Virus record (IMG/VR): IMGVR_UViG_3300032144_000385
Coordinates: 4,766-68,765 of that record
From: a virus
Length of the DNA: 64,000 bases
Direction: 5' to 3' (one strand)
Shown in pieces: positions 1-8,604 of this stretch. How positions within the stretch are numbered: position 1 is the first letter of the stretch; each line of letters opens with the position of its first letter. The notes under the pieces were generated by a model. It had not been told where the DNA came from and ran no database searches. It saw nothing but the letters and a program-made list of their open reading frames with translations. The translations under genes and the position numbers were made by a program.

Positions 1-518
1 AGCGCCGCGCGCAGCGCGGCCGCGTCGACCGTGGCCACGGTATCGGTGGGCAGGGCCCGGCACAGGGCCGGGAAGTCGCTCGGGTCGGCCTCCACCGCGA
101 GCCGGATGATTCCGGCCTGCGCCACGGTCAGGACCACCTCGCCCCGCTCGTCGGGGGTGCCCTGCTCCACCACGACGCGGTACGGCCTCGTCGGCGTCGC
201 CTCCTGGACCACGTCGGGCCTCCCGGCCTTGAAATCGCGCGTGACCGCGAGGTCCACCGTGTCCCCTTCGGACGCCTTGAGGAAGGCGCGCGCGTCGTGT
301 ATCGGGAGCAGCACCTTGCCCGGGGCCGCGACCGTCGCGCCGTGCACCCGCGCGCGGACGCTGGAGTCCAGGTCCGTGCCCGAGACGGTCACGCCTTCGG
401 CGTCGGCCTCGACGAGCGCCAGCCGGAGGATCGGGTTCTTGCTGTTCTTGCGCGCGACGAGCGCGACGGAATCGAGAGCGGCCAGGAGGGACTTGCGGTC
501 AGATTGGATATGCAGCAT
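1..518 (-). CDS. dnaN: DNA polymerase III beta sliding clamp-like protein (runs off the window start)
   Basis: Not in the ORF track. Manual translation from ATG at 518: MLHIQSDRKSLLAALDSVALVARKNSKNPILRLALVEADAEGVTVSGTDLDSSVRARV...PGKVLLP...DFPAL, matching DnaN domain I motifs (PIL, TGTDLE, PG...VP, DFP). GGAG RBS upstream. Confidence 0.85.
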   Translation of the reverse strand, partial: MLHIQSDRKSLLAALDSVALVARKNSKNPILRLALVEADAEGVTVSGTDLDSSVRARVHGATVAAPGKVLLPIHDARAFLKASEGDTVDLAVTRDFKAGRPDVVQEATPTRPYRVVVEQGTPDERGEVVLTVAQAGIIRLAVEADPSDFPALCRALPTDTVATVDAAALRAA

Positions 519-764
519 GGTGGTGTCTCCGTTGTTGGTATTGCGTTGGGGTGGGCTACTGGCGCACGGCCTCCGGCATGGAGGCGGGCAAGCCGAAACG
601 AACGCGGTTCTTGGCGTGCAGGCCGGACAGGTAACGTCGGTAGGCGGCGCGGCCGATGTCCCCGCACCACCACGATGCTTGCCGCCGGCCCCGGTCGTCC
701 GGGTTTAGCATCCGCCATGCGCGCGCAACCGCGTTGCGCCTGCGCCTTTCCTTGGAGATGGCCA

Positions 765-977
765 CTAGACCTCCCCCTTGATCGCGCGGCAGTCGGCCAG
801 GATGCGACGCTCGCGGTCCGTCAGCCCGTCCGGGCCGGCGAGGACGATGCGGCCGCGGCCGTCCATGCCGCGCTCGCCGGCGAGGACGAGCTGCAGGCCC
901 GGGATCCCGCCCATCGCGCGCTTGACGCGGGCCGCCAGGTTCGCGTCGCGGAGCTGCTCGAGTTGCTTGTTCGACAT
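765..977 (-). CDS. hypothetical protein
   Basis: ATG at 977 with CAACGGAGA RBS, the same RBS context as the dnaN-like gene. Confidence 0.65.
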   Translation of the reverse strand: MSNKQLEQLRDANLAARVKRAMGGIPGLQLVLAGERGMDGRGRIVLAGPDGLTDRERRILADCRAIKGEV

Positions 978-1021
978 GGTGTGTTCTCCGTTGTCGCGCA
1001 GGACCATCCCCGCGCTGGACC

Positions 1022-1069
1022 AGCATATCGGGATTCTCCCCCGGATGTCGGGAGAGAATCCCGATTTTC
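1022..1069 (-). promoter_or_regulatory. Putative promoter (-10 TATGCT) overlapped by a 12-bp inverted-repeat operator
   Basis: ATCGGGATTCTC (1027-1038) and GAGAATCCCGAT (1054-1065) are perfect reverse complements; minus-strand TATGCT at 1022-1027. Confidence 0.6.
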
Positions 1070-1085
1070 GCCGGCCGCCTCGTTC

Positions 1086-1178
1086 TCAGCCTCCGCGGTC
1101 CCGCCGGCCGGCGCGCAGCACGATCAGGAGCAGGACGAGCAGGGCCCCGGCCCCCGCCACCTCGAGGGCGCGCCTCAC
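1086..1178 (-). CDS. small hydrophobic peptide (30 aa)
   Basis: MRRALEVAGPGPLLVLLLIVLRAGRRDRGG; GTGA overlap with the upstream ORF. Confidence 0.45.
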   Translation of the reverse strand: MRRALEVAGAGALLVLLLIVLRAGRRDRGG

Positions 1179-1276
1179 GGCCGGCCCCCGCGGCGCCGGA
1201 TGCGCCAGGGCACGTCGGCCGAGGTCATGAGAACGGCCAGCGCGACGACGGCGCCGGCCACTGCAAGATCGAGCAT
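1175..1276 (-). CDS. small membrane peptide (33 aa)
   Basis: MLDLAVAGAVVALAVLMTSADVPWRIRRRGGRP; hydrophobic helix followed by a basic tail. Confidence 0.5.
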   Translation of the reverse strand: MLDLAVAGAVVALAVLMTSADVPWRIRRRGGRP

Positions 1277-1552
1277 GGAACTACCCCCCGTGAAATAGTG
1301 AACCCCGGCCGAGACGTCCCCGGCCGGGGGACGACGGGACCCCAGGAATGCGGCCCCGTCACCGGAGGGGAGCATACCGGCCCCGCTCGAGCGCGGTCGA
1401 GAAAATCGGGATTCATGGACGACCGGTCGCGGCCGTCCAGGCCCGGTCCGGTCGTCCCCGCGCCCGGCAGAGTCGGCATCGACCGGCGCCGAGCTCGAGG
1501 CCCCTCCCCGAAACGAATGGGGGCCGCGCCGCTGGGACGCCTCGCGGGAAAA

Positions 1553-1780
1553 CTCATTCGGCACTCAGCTAGGCAAACTCATTCGGCGCCCTGGCTCATT
1601 CGGCACCCCGTTCCTCATTCGGCACCCTTCGACCCCTGCAGCAGGAGTCGCACCGCACCGCGGGCGCGTCGTCGTCCAGGAGCCAGTCGAGGCAGATGGC
1701 GACGAACACACCGGTAAGCATGGAAACGATTATCAGCATATCGAGTATCCCTCCGTCTTCCCCTGTCACTCATTCGGCAC
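1553..1780. repeat. Five direct repeats of CTCATTCGGCAC (iteron/operator-like)
   Basis: Copies at 1553-1564, 1578-1589 (1 mismatch), 1595-1606, 1614-1625 and 1769-1780, in the largest non-coding gap. Confidence 0.9.
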
Positions 1781-1856
1781 CCCGACCTCGGGATACCGAC
1801 GTAGCGGATCACGGGTCAGGGCTCCCCGCGCGCGATCTTGCCGGCGATGTAGTGGT

Positions 1857-2450
1857 TCATGGTTCGCCCGCCCGGACCTTGACCAGGCCGGGCCGGATCG
1901 ATCGGTCGACATCAGGCCCGGGGCTCGCGTACAGCTTCCCGGTCTTCTCGTCGATCCATAGGTCGTCGCCGATCTTGAGGTCCTCGCCGGCGATGAGAAG
2001 GTTCGGCCCGTGGAAGTCCTGCGCGCACGCGCGCCGGCGCCCGGGGCTCGGCCAGAACACGATCGCCGCCGGAGTCTTGCCCTTGGCGATGTCGGGCGTC
2101 GCCCCGAGGTCGCGCAGGGTGTTGCGCAGCTGGTCGTAGACCGACCTCTCCTCGACCTCACGCAGCGTCTTTGCCACCTGGTCTCGGATCGCCGTCTCGG
2201 GGGCTGTGGCCACCTGGCGCAGGGCCTCGGCCTTCTGCGCGTCCGTGAGGTCGCTCGCCGTCGCCTCCGCGGCCGCGGCGTGGTCGACCGCGAGGTTGTT
2301 CCACCCCCAGGGGGTGCGCGCGAAGTACCAGCGCGACCCCTCGGAGTCCACGATCGCCGTGCCACCGAGCTTGACGTCGGCGCGCGCGCCGAGCGCCGCC
2401 TTCACCGGGGCGGGCACCTTGTCCCAGAGCACTCGGGTCGAGGCGCTCAC
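1857..2450 (-). CDS. hypothetical protein, paralog of 2447-3235 (WYFxxTxWGWN domain)
   Basis: GTG at 2450 overlaps the upstream TGA; shared N-terminal domain LWD.VP..VKA...RWYF.RT.WGWN. Confidence 0.75.
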   Translation of the reverse strand: MSASTRVLWDKVPAPVKAALGARADVKLGGTAIVDSEGSRWYFARTPWGWNNLAVDHAAAAEATASDLTDAQKAEALRQVATAPETAIRDQVAKTLREVEERSVYDQLRNTLRDLGATPDIAKGKTPAAIVFWPSPGRRRACAQDFHGPNLLIAGEDLKIGDDLWIDEKTGKLYASPGPDVDRSIRPGLVKVRAGEP

Positions 2451-3235
2451 GCGGGGATCTGCGCCGTCACGGTGCCGTCTCGCTGGACCCATCGGCGCGT
2501 GCCGCAGGGGCAGTCCAAGAGCTCGGGGTAGGTGCCGGCCATACTTTTACGCTTCCAGTGGTGGGTGCCATCCGTGCTGCCCCGGCACGGGCGCTGACCG
2601 ACCTTTCTAATCGGGTCGACGCACGCGGCGAGTGGAATGGCCACTCCGCAGGTGCAGCGGGCGTTGCTGCCGAAGATGTACCATCCGTGCTCGCCGCCGA
2701 CGTGGGCGGGGCATGGGCGCAGCGATTGGTCTCGTAGGTTGCAGAGATCCTGGAAGAACTTGAAGGTGATCGAGAGCTCGATCTCCACGCTGTCGGCACC
2801 CACGGCGCGGATCCTCCCGACGTTGGTCCCCAGGACGAAGGCCGGTCGTCCGACGATGGCCTGGTCGTCGAGCAGGACGGCGAGGCACATCGCCGCCTCC
2901 CGCCGATTGAGGCGTTCCAGCTTTTCCTTCAGCGGCTCCTCGTTGAGCTCAGGCGGCGCCCGCCTCCCCGCCATGATCGCGTCCACCTTCGCGCGCCGCG
3001 CCGCGAGGTCCGCCGCCGCGGCGGCCTTGACGGACTCGGGCAGGTCGGACGCGACCGAGTCGTCGGCCTGGCGGTCGACCCCCTGGCAGTTCCAGCCCCA
3101 CCGCGTCCGGGTGAAGTACCAGCGCTGGCCGCGCACGGCCTCGCAGATGGCGACCTGCCCGTCCCGGCAGGGGCCGCGCTGCTCGAGCTCGGCCTTCACC
3201 TCGTCGGGCACGTCGTCCCAGAGGATGCGAGTCAC
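2447..3235 (-). CDS. hypothetical protein with WYFxxTxWGWN N-terminal domain and Cys/His-rich C-terminus
   Basis: GTG at 3235 overlaps the recombinase stop; C-terminal CPAH, CTC, C...H, CPCG motifs suggest Zn binding. Confidence 0.75.
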   Translation of the reverse strand: MTRILWDDVPDEVKAELEQRGPCRDGQVAICEAVRGQRWYFTRTRWGWNCQGVDRQADDSVASDLPESVKAAAAADLAARRAKVDAIMAGRRAPPELNEEPLKEKLERLNRREAAMCLAVLLDDQAIVGRPAFVLGTNVGRIRAVGADSVEIELSITFKFFQDLCNLRDQSLRPCPAHVGGEHGWYIFGSNARCTCGVAIPLAACVDPIRKVGQRPCRGSTDGTHHWKRKSMAGTYPELLDCPCGTRRWVQRDGTVTAQIPA

Positions 3236-3870
3236 GCCGCCCTCCGCACCATGTCGCGCACCACCTTCGGGACCCATGAGGCGCCGCCGCCGACGGGGGC
3301 GAACCCCTCGTGCCGCAGGCGGTCGCCGATCGACCGGAGCGACCAGCCCTCGGCGCGCAGCTCGCGCGCGCGGCGGCAGGCCGCCTCGGGGACGCGGTCG
3401 TAGCGCGACACGCGCTCGCCGCGGGACCGCTTCAGGGCCATGGCGGCCGTGGTGCGGTCGGAGATGAGGTCGCGCTCGAACTCGGCCAGGACGGCGAGGA
3501 GGCGGAAGACCATCTTGCCGGTGGCCGAGGAGGTGTCGATCCGCTCGGTCAGGGACACGAGGTCGCAGCCGGCCTTCTCGAGGCGCTCGGCCGTCTCCAG
3601 CATGCCGGTCGTCGACCGGGCCACGCGCGACATGGAGTAGGCCACCAGGGCGGAGCCCTTCCCGCCGGCCTCGGCCGCGGCCAGGGCCGCCACCAGTCCC
3701 TTGCGGTCCATTCGGCACCCCGAGCGGGCCTCGTCGCGGAACAGGACGAGCTCGCGCCCGCCCCCGTTCAGCTCGTGCCACGCCCGGATCTTCGACTCCT
3801 GAACCTCGAGCGAGACGCCCTCCCGGGCCTGCTCCTCGGTCGAGACGCGCACGTAGCCGACGACGATCAT
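3232..3870 (-). CDS. small serine recombinase (resolvase/invertase family) with C-terminal HTH
   Basis: GYVRVSTEEQ catalytic Ser motif, SG...DR, SRVAR, SLTERIDTSSATGKMVFRLLAVLAEFERDLISDRT. Confidence 0.95.
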   Translation of the reverse strand: MIVVGYVRVSTEEQAREGVSLEVQESKIRAWHELNGGGRELVLFRDEARSGCRMDRKGLVAALAAAEAGGKGSALVAYSMSRVARSTTGMLETAERLEKAGCDLVSLTERIDTSSATGKMVFRLLAVLAEFERDLISDRTTAAMALKRSRGERVSRYDRVPEAACRRARELRAEGWSLRSIGDRLRHEGFAPVGGGASWVPKVVRDMVRRAA

Positions 3871-3875
3871 GCCGA

Positions 3876-3920
3876 ACTATATCGGGAGGACCAGGCGGGG
3901 GAGGCGAGAGAATCCGGATT
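3876..3920 (-). promoter_or_regulatory. Putative leaderless promoter (-10 TATAGT) with upstream AATCCGGATTCTCTC element
   Basis: TATAGT at 3876-3881 lies 5 nt before the recombinase ATG; upstream element has the same 27-nt offset as at 1025/1052. Confidence 0.55.
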
Positions 3921-3941
3921 ATTCCAGCCGGGTCTCGACGG

Positions 3942-4073
3942 CTACAGCCCCAGCTCCGCGCGCGCGATCTCGAGGCACCGCGTGCAGGCGGCGTCGGCGA
4001 CGGGCATCTCGGCGGAACTTACCCAGCCGTTGTAGCCCGGGCAATCCGCGCAGGTGAACATGATCTCGTTCAC
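3942..4073 (-). CDS. small CxxC...CxxC protein (43 aa)
   Basis: MNEIMFTCADCPGYNGWVSSAEMPVADAACTRCLEIARAELGL; GTGA overlap. Confidence 0.55.
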   Translation of the reverse strand: MNEIMFTCADCPGYNGWVSSAEMPVADAACTRCLEIARAELGL

Positions 4074-4192
4074 AGGCTCACCACCACGATCAGCGCCGCG
4101 ACCGCGGCCACGGCGACGGCCAGGGAGAGGGCCAGGAGCGCGGCGGTCGCGACGGCGCGGCCGGAGTCGCTTTTGTACCGGGAGTTCAGCAT
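4070..4192 (-). CDS. small membrane peptide (40 aa)
   Basis: MLNSRYKSDSGRAVATAALLALSLAVAVAAVAALIVVVSL; coupled on both sides. Confidence 0.55.
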   Translation of the reverse strand: MLNSRYKSDSGRAVATAALLALSLAVAVAAVAALIVVVSL

Positions 4193-4193
4193 G

Positions 4194-4589
4194 TCAGGAG
4201 GCCTCCACCACGCGGCGGCCGTTGGTCAGCCGACGGGTCTCGTCCCGGCCGGCGTGGTACTCGAGCCATGTCCGCTTCCACGGCCCGCGGACGGACAGGG
4301 CCCCGGAGCGGCGCCGCGGGAGGATCCGGTGGCAGCAGGACCGGGGCGTCCACTTCGGCCGGAGGGAGGGCGCCCAGCGCAGGCGACGGCCGTCGGCGTG
4401 CAGCTCGTCGACCTCGCCGCGGAGCCACCAGGTCAGCGCCGCGAAGGCGTGCGAGTGGAACACCTCGCGCCTGCTGCCGGGCTCGAAGCGCAGGAGGACG
4501 ACCGAGACGCCGGCCTTCCACTCGAGCAGCCAGAATCCGGTGACGCCAGAGTCCGGGCCGCCGTCGTGACGGGAGAAGAGGAATCGCAT
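4194..4589 (-). CDS. cupin-like fold protein
   Basis: FHSHAFAALTWWLRGEVDE...HRI...LSVRGPWKRTW resembles the two-motif phage cupin pattern. Confidence 0.6.
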   Translation of the reverse strand: MRFLFSRHDGGPDSGVTGFWLLEWKAGVSVVLLRFEPGSRREVFHSHAFAALTWWLRGEVDELHADGRRLRWAPSLRPKWTPRSCCHRILPRRRSGALSVRGPWKRTWLEYHAGRDETRRLTNGRRVVEAS

Positions 4590-4593
4590 GGTG

Positions 4594-4833
4594 CTAGTAG
4601 TCTCCGCTTGTAATGACCCGGAGGGTCGCCTCGATGTCGAGCTCGCGCCAGTCGCACAGGCCGAAGCGCTCCTCGATGCGGTAGTCGTCGGTCGTCGGGA
4701 AGTGCCCGAACCCGGCGCCGAATACCTCGCGCAGTCGGAACTTCCGGTCCGGGAAGGCGCGTCGAATCAGGTCGAGTTGCATCTGGCGGAGGTCCAGCTT
4801 GCTCTGGAGCGTCGGCTTGTAGATCGGTTCCAT
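4594..4833 (-). CDS. hypothetical protein, MEPIY family paralog 1
   Basis: MEPIY...RRAFPDRKFR; shares a 22-nt start sequence with 5322-5720. Confidence 0.7.
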   Translation of the reverse strand: MEPIYKPTLQSKLDLRQMQLDLIRRAFPDRKFRLREVFGAGFGHFPTTDDYRIEERFGLCDWRELDIEATLRVITSGDY

Positions 4834-4842
4834 GTCAGTCAC

Positions 4843-5322
4843 TTACTGTGCTTGGCGTTCCGTCTCGTAGGACAGCATGAGCGGGTGCCGGGGCTGCCCG
4901 GATTGGGTCAGTGTTCCGATTCGATAGACCGCTTGACCGTGGGAATGCGCCAATGCGAGAACCCGCGCAGCGCGAGCCGGGTCGGCGTGGCTACCCCAGG
5001 CGCACACCACGTCGGCGCCGCGGCAGGTGACCTCGATCCAGGCGTCGTTGTCGCAGCCCACCGGGAAGCCGGCGCGAGCCAGGTCGCGTGGGTCGGTGGC
5101 GCGGTAGGCGTAAAGGTTCACCACCTCGAAGCCAGAATACCCCCAGCGGCCCGCGAAGCCGCGGCATTTCCGGATCGTGTGGTCGTCGGTCGCTTCGTCG
5201 GCCACGCTGGGATTCAGCATGATGAACACGAGGCGTGTGCCGTCCTCCGACCCGCCGCGCACGTCGGTATCGCGCGCAAGGTGGTAGCGGAACGGGCCGT
5301 CGATGACTGCGGAGGACGGCAC
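4843..5322 (-). CDS. DUF1643 family protein
   Basis: RYHLAR...FIMLNPSVAD...DDHTIRKC..FA.RWG...VVNLYAYRATDP...VCAWG...PRHPL. Confidence 0.9.
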   Translation of the reverse strand: MPSSAVIDGPFRYHLARDTDVRGGSEDGTRLVFIMLNPSVADEATDDHTIRKCRGFAGRWGYSGFEVVNLYAYRATDPRDLARAGFPVGCDNDAWIEVTCRGADVVCAWGSHADPARAARVLALAHSHGQAVYRIGTLTQSGQPRHPLMLSYETERQAQ

Positions 5323-5720
5323 TAGTCCCCCCTCGCGGCCTTGCGCTTTGCAGCCTCGTCCAGGAACGACGCGACCACCGGGAAGCCCTCCGCGTAGTGC
5401 TTGGCGCAGAACGCCCACCACATCGGCTTGTGAAAGAGCCGCGTCGTCACGATCGGGTCCTCGACGCAGCCCTCGGCGTGACAGAAGCGAGGCCCCGCCG
5501 CCTTCTCGCGCTCGGCCTGGATCGCCCTGTTCGTCTCGGGCATGTCGAGGTTACGCCAGACCTTGCCGCCCCACCAGGTGCGGCCGACGAGCTCCTGGAA
5601 AAAGACGCCCCCGTGCACGCGGAACGTCCGCCCCGGGAAGGCGTCCCGGAGGCGCTTCAGCTTCTCCGCCCGCTCGTCCTCGGAGCGCTGGACCAAGTCG
5701 ATCTCGTAGATCGGTTCCAT
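5322..5720 (-). CDS. hypothetical protein, MEPIY family paralog 2, with C-terminal C..C...C..H motif
   Basis: MEPIY...RDAFPGRTFR; ends KRKAARGD. Confidence 0.75.
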   Translation of the reverse strand: MEPIYEIDLVQRSEDERAEKLKRLRDAFPGRTFRVHGGVFFQELVGRTWWGGKVWRNLDMPETNRAIQAEREKAAGPRFCHAEGCVEDPIVTTRLFHKPMWWAFCAKHYAEGFPVVASFLDEAAKRKAARGD

Positions 5721-5721
5721 G

Positions 5722-5895
5722 TCAGTCTCCCCGAGCGGCCTTGCGCTTCTGGTGCTGCTCGCGCAGTTTCAGGCAGCACCAACCCAGACCTGCCACTAGA
5801 AGGAATGGCGCGCCCAGAATCAGCACGATTGGCAGGACCAGAATCTCCCCACCCGCCGTGAAACAGTCGTCGAAGTCGGAACTGAACCGGCGCAC
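5722..5895 (-). CDS. small membrane protein (57 aa) missed by the track
   Basis: MRRFSSDFDDCFTAGGEILVLPIVLILGAPFLLVAGLGWCCLKLREQHQKRKAARGD. Confidence 0.65.
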   Translation of the reverse strand: MRRFSSDFDDCFTAGGEILVLPIVLILGAPFLLVAGLGWCCLKLREQHQKRKAARGD

Positions 5896-7257
5896 CTAGT
5901 CCCCCCTCGCGGCCTTGGCCTTCGGCAGCATCTTGGTCACGTCGTCGCTCTCGAGCAGTCCGAACACGTCCACCCGCGGATCCACGGGTGACTGGTCAGT
6001 GGCCGCCGAGTACCAGTTCAGGAGGTCCACACCCGCGACCTCCGCGGCCCGCCGGATACCCCGGTACAGCTCGCCCATCCACTCCGTGCGCTGGGCCTCG
6101 ATCGCCGCGCGGCGCCAGGGGTGAGCGCCGGCGAGCAGGCTCTGGCCGGCCTCGTAGCAGGCGAAGTAGGGGACGTCGTACTGGTTACGGACGATCCACC
6201 GATGCGCCTCCAGGTCGCCGTCGGTCGAGGCGCTGCTCGGTCCCGTCTGAATCTCCTCGAGGCGCGCCATGCAGCTCGCGCGGAGCTCGTCCTGCGCCGG
6301 TACCGCGCCCGTGGCCTCCCACTCCTGGCGCTGGGCCTTCATGGGCCCGACGTACAGGGCGGGGCCGGCGGCGTCAGGTGTGATGCCGAGGTCCGCCAGC
6401 GCCTGGAGGATCCGTTGCAGGTGCGAGGGCACCGTGAGCTGGCCCCCGACGAACAGGTAGTAGGCGCGCGCGCCGAGGGGGCCGGGGGTGCCGAAGACGC
6501 GGTCGGCGACGTGCTTGAGGGTGGCGATCTCGCGGGCCGCCACCTGGTGCCAGGTGGTCGGAACGGAACTGCTCTGCCCTGCGACGACCGGCACGGCCGC
6601 CTTGAGCCACCCGTGCACCGGGAAGCCCGCGTTCCACAGCTCGTTTCCGTACTCCATGATGACGGGCCGTTGGGCGGTGCGCTTGATCGCCGTGAGGTAC
6701 TCCTCCAGGCGGACCTCGTACTCGTCCACGGGGAGCTCGTAGCGCGGCGGGGCGCACCACCAGAGCGAGCACCCGAGCTGGTTCGCGATGCCCGCCTGGA
6801 TCTCGACGGCCATGCCGGCGTCCGTGCCCTGGAGGAAGTCCGTCGGGCGCACGCGGGGGCGTGTCCAGTCGGGGCGCTTGTTGGTCATTTGCCAGTCCAG
6901 GGTGCGGAGGACGGCGGGGCGGAGGGCCGTCAGCGCGGCGAGAGAGGGCTCATGCGGAATCAGCGGCCCACACGGGCGCGTGAATCCGCGCCCCGGCCAT
7001 TCCTCGATCACCAGGCCCGACGGCATCCGCCGTGCCCCGTCGGGCAGTGGTCCTGTGTACCACGCCTCAGCGCAGCGCACGCCGTGGCGGCGCCCGTCTA
7101 GCGACGGCGCGCCCGTACTGTCCAGCGGGCTCGCCTCCCCCGTCGGCCGACCTTGGGCGTCCAGGACCTCGAACCGGCGCCCACGGCGCGCGAGGTCGGC
7201 GAAGAGTTGTAGCGGCGAGGCGTAGACGAACGAGGGGTTGAGGCCGTAGTGGGTCAT
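5896..7257 (-). CDS. putative clan GH-A-like glycoside hydrolase (TIM barrel)
   Basis: EYGNELWN (acid/base-type NE) and CYEAGQSL (nucleophile-type YE) motifs with appropriate spacing; ATGA overlap at 7254-7257. Confidence 0.55.
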   Translation of the reverse strand: MTHYGLNPSFVYASPLQLFADLARRGRRFEVLDAQGRPTGEASPLDSTGAPSLDGRRHGVRCAEAWYTGPLPDGARRMPSGLVIEEWPGRGFTRPCGPLIPHEPSLAALTALRPAVLRTLDWQMTNKRPDWTRPRVRPTDFLQGTDAGMAVEIQAGIANQLGCSLWWCAPPRYELPVDEYEVRLEEYLTAIKRTAQRPVIMEYGNELWNAGFPVHGWLKAAVPVVAGQSSSVPTTWHQVAAREIATLKHVADRVFGTPGPLGARAYYLFVGGQLTVPSHLQRILQALADLGITPDAAGPALYVGPMKAQRQEWEATGAVPAQDELRASCMARLEEIQTGPSSASTDGDLEAHRWIVRNQYDVPYFACYEAGQSLLAGAHPWRRAAIEAQRTEWMGELYRGIRRAAEVAGVDLLNWYSAATDQSPVDPRVDVFGLLESDDVTKMLPKAKAARGD

Positions 7258-7462
7258 TTCGGGAGCTCTCGGAGGGTGCGATTGATCCACGCCGGGACGC
7301 CCGGCACAGCGCGTCCGCGGCTGGTTAGGAAACAGAAGCGTGGGCCGAGGTGCAGAACCAGGTCTCCATCATCGTCTACCTCCAGGCTCGCGAGGATCTC
7401 CAGTGGCGCGTCGGCCGGCGGCGTGCGCGGGTCCGTGACGATGAACTTGATCGGGCGGGTCA

Positions 7463-7463
<1 letters not shown>
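7254..7463 (-). CDS. hypothetical protein
   Basis: MTRPIKFIVTDPRTPP...; GTG start abutting the upstream TAG. Confidence 0.6.
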
Positions 7464-8181
<718 letters not shown>

Positions 8182-8185
<4 letters not shown>

Positions 8186-8364
8186 GCGACGTTCTCCTCG
8201 ATCCAGTTGACGACGACCTCAGCGACGTTGGCCACGATCGAGCCGGCCCGGACCCCGCACGCCGCATCGTCGTGGCGGAACTGCAGGTACGGCATCTCCC
8301 TGACGGGCAGCGGCAGGATGCTCGCCAGGTCCGGGTAGTTCTTCACGAGACCGTCGATGCTCAT
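8182..8364 (-). CDS. hypothetical protein
   Basis: Track ORF with coupled overlaps. Confidence 0.65.
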
Positions 8365-8413
8365 GTTCTCGCTCCCGCGGCTCGGGTCCAGCCGTTGATA
8401 GGTTCGATCTTGC

Positions 8414-8602
8414 TCACTGACATTCCTTTCTCTGCTTGCTGATTCGGTCCTGCACGGTCCGCGCGCACGCTCCGCAGAGACGCACGGTCGTTCGCTCGCC
8501 GCCGAGCCGCAGCTCGGCCTGGTAGATCATGGCGCTCTCGCCGCACCCGCGGCACGTCTCGACGCGCAGCGGCGCGAGCTGGATGGCCTGGCCGTGGCAC
8601 AT
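8414..8602 (-). CDS. small Zn-finger protein
   Basis: CRGC...CGAC; ATG at 8602. Confidence 0.6.
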   Translation of the reverse strand: MCHGQAIQLAPLRVETCRGCGESAMIYQAELRLGGERTTVRLCGACARTVQDRISKQRKECQ

Positions 8603-8604
8603 GG

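Noticed and set aside
1553-1625. CRISPR mini-array
   Set aside because: Repeats are only 12 bp with 5-13-nt spacers, and no cas operon is present; the Cas4-like gene is a standalone phage nuclease 20 kb away
5322-5917. RGD integrin-binding function for the KAARGD tails
   Set aside because: Better explained by the overlapping SD/stop DNA motif; proteins are cytoplasmic or small in a bacterial virus
8361-8423. 20-aa ORF MSVSKIEPINGWTRAAGART
   Set aside because: Coupled on both sides but too short and featureless to support
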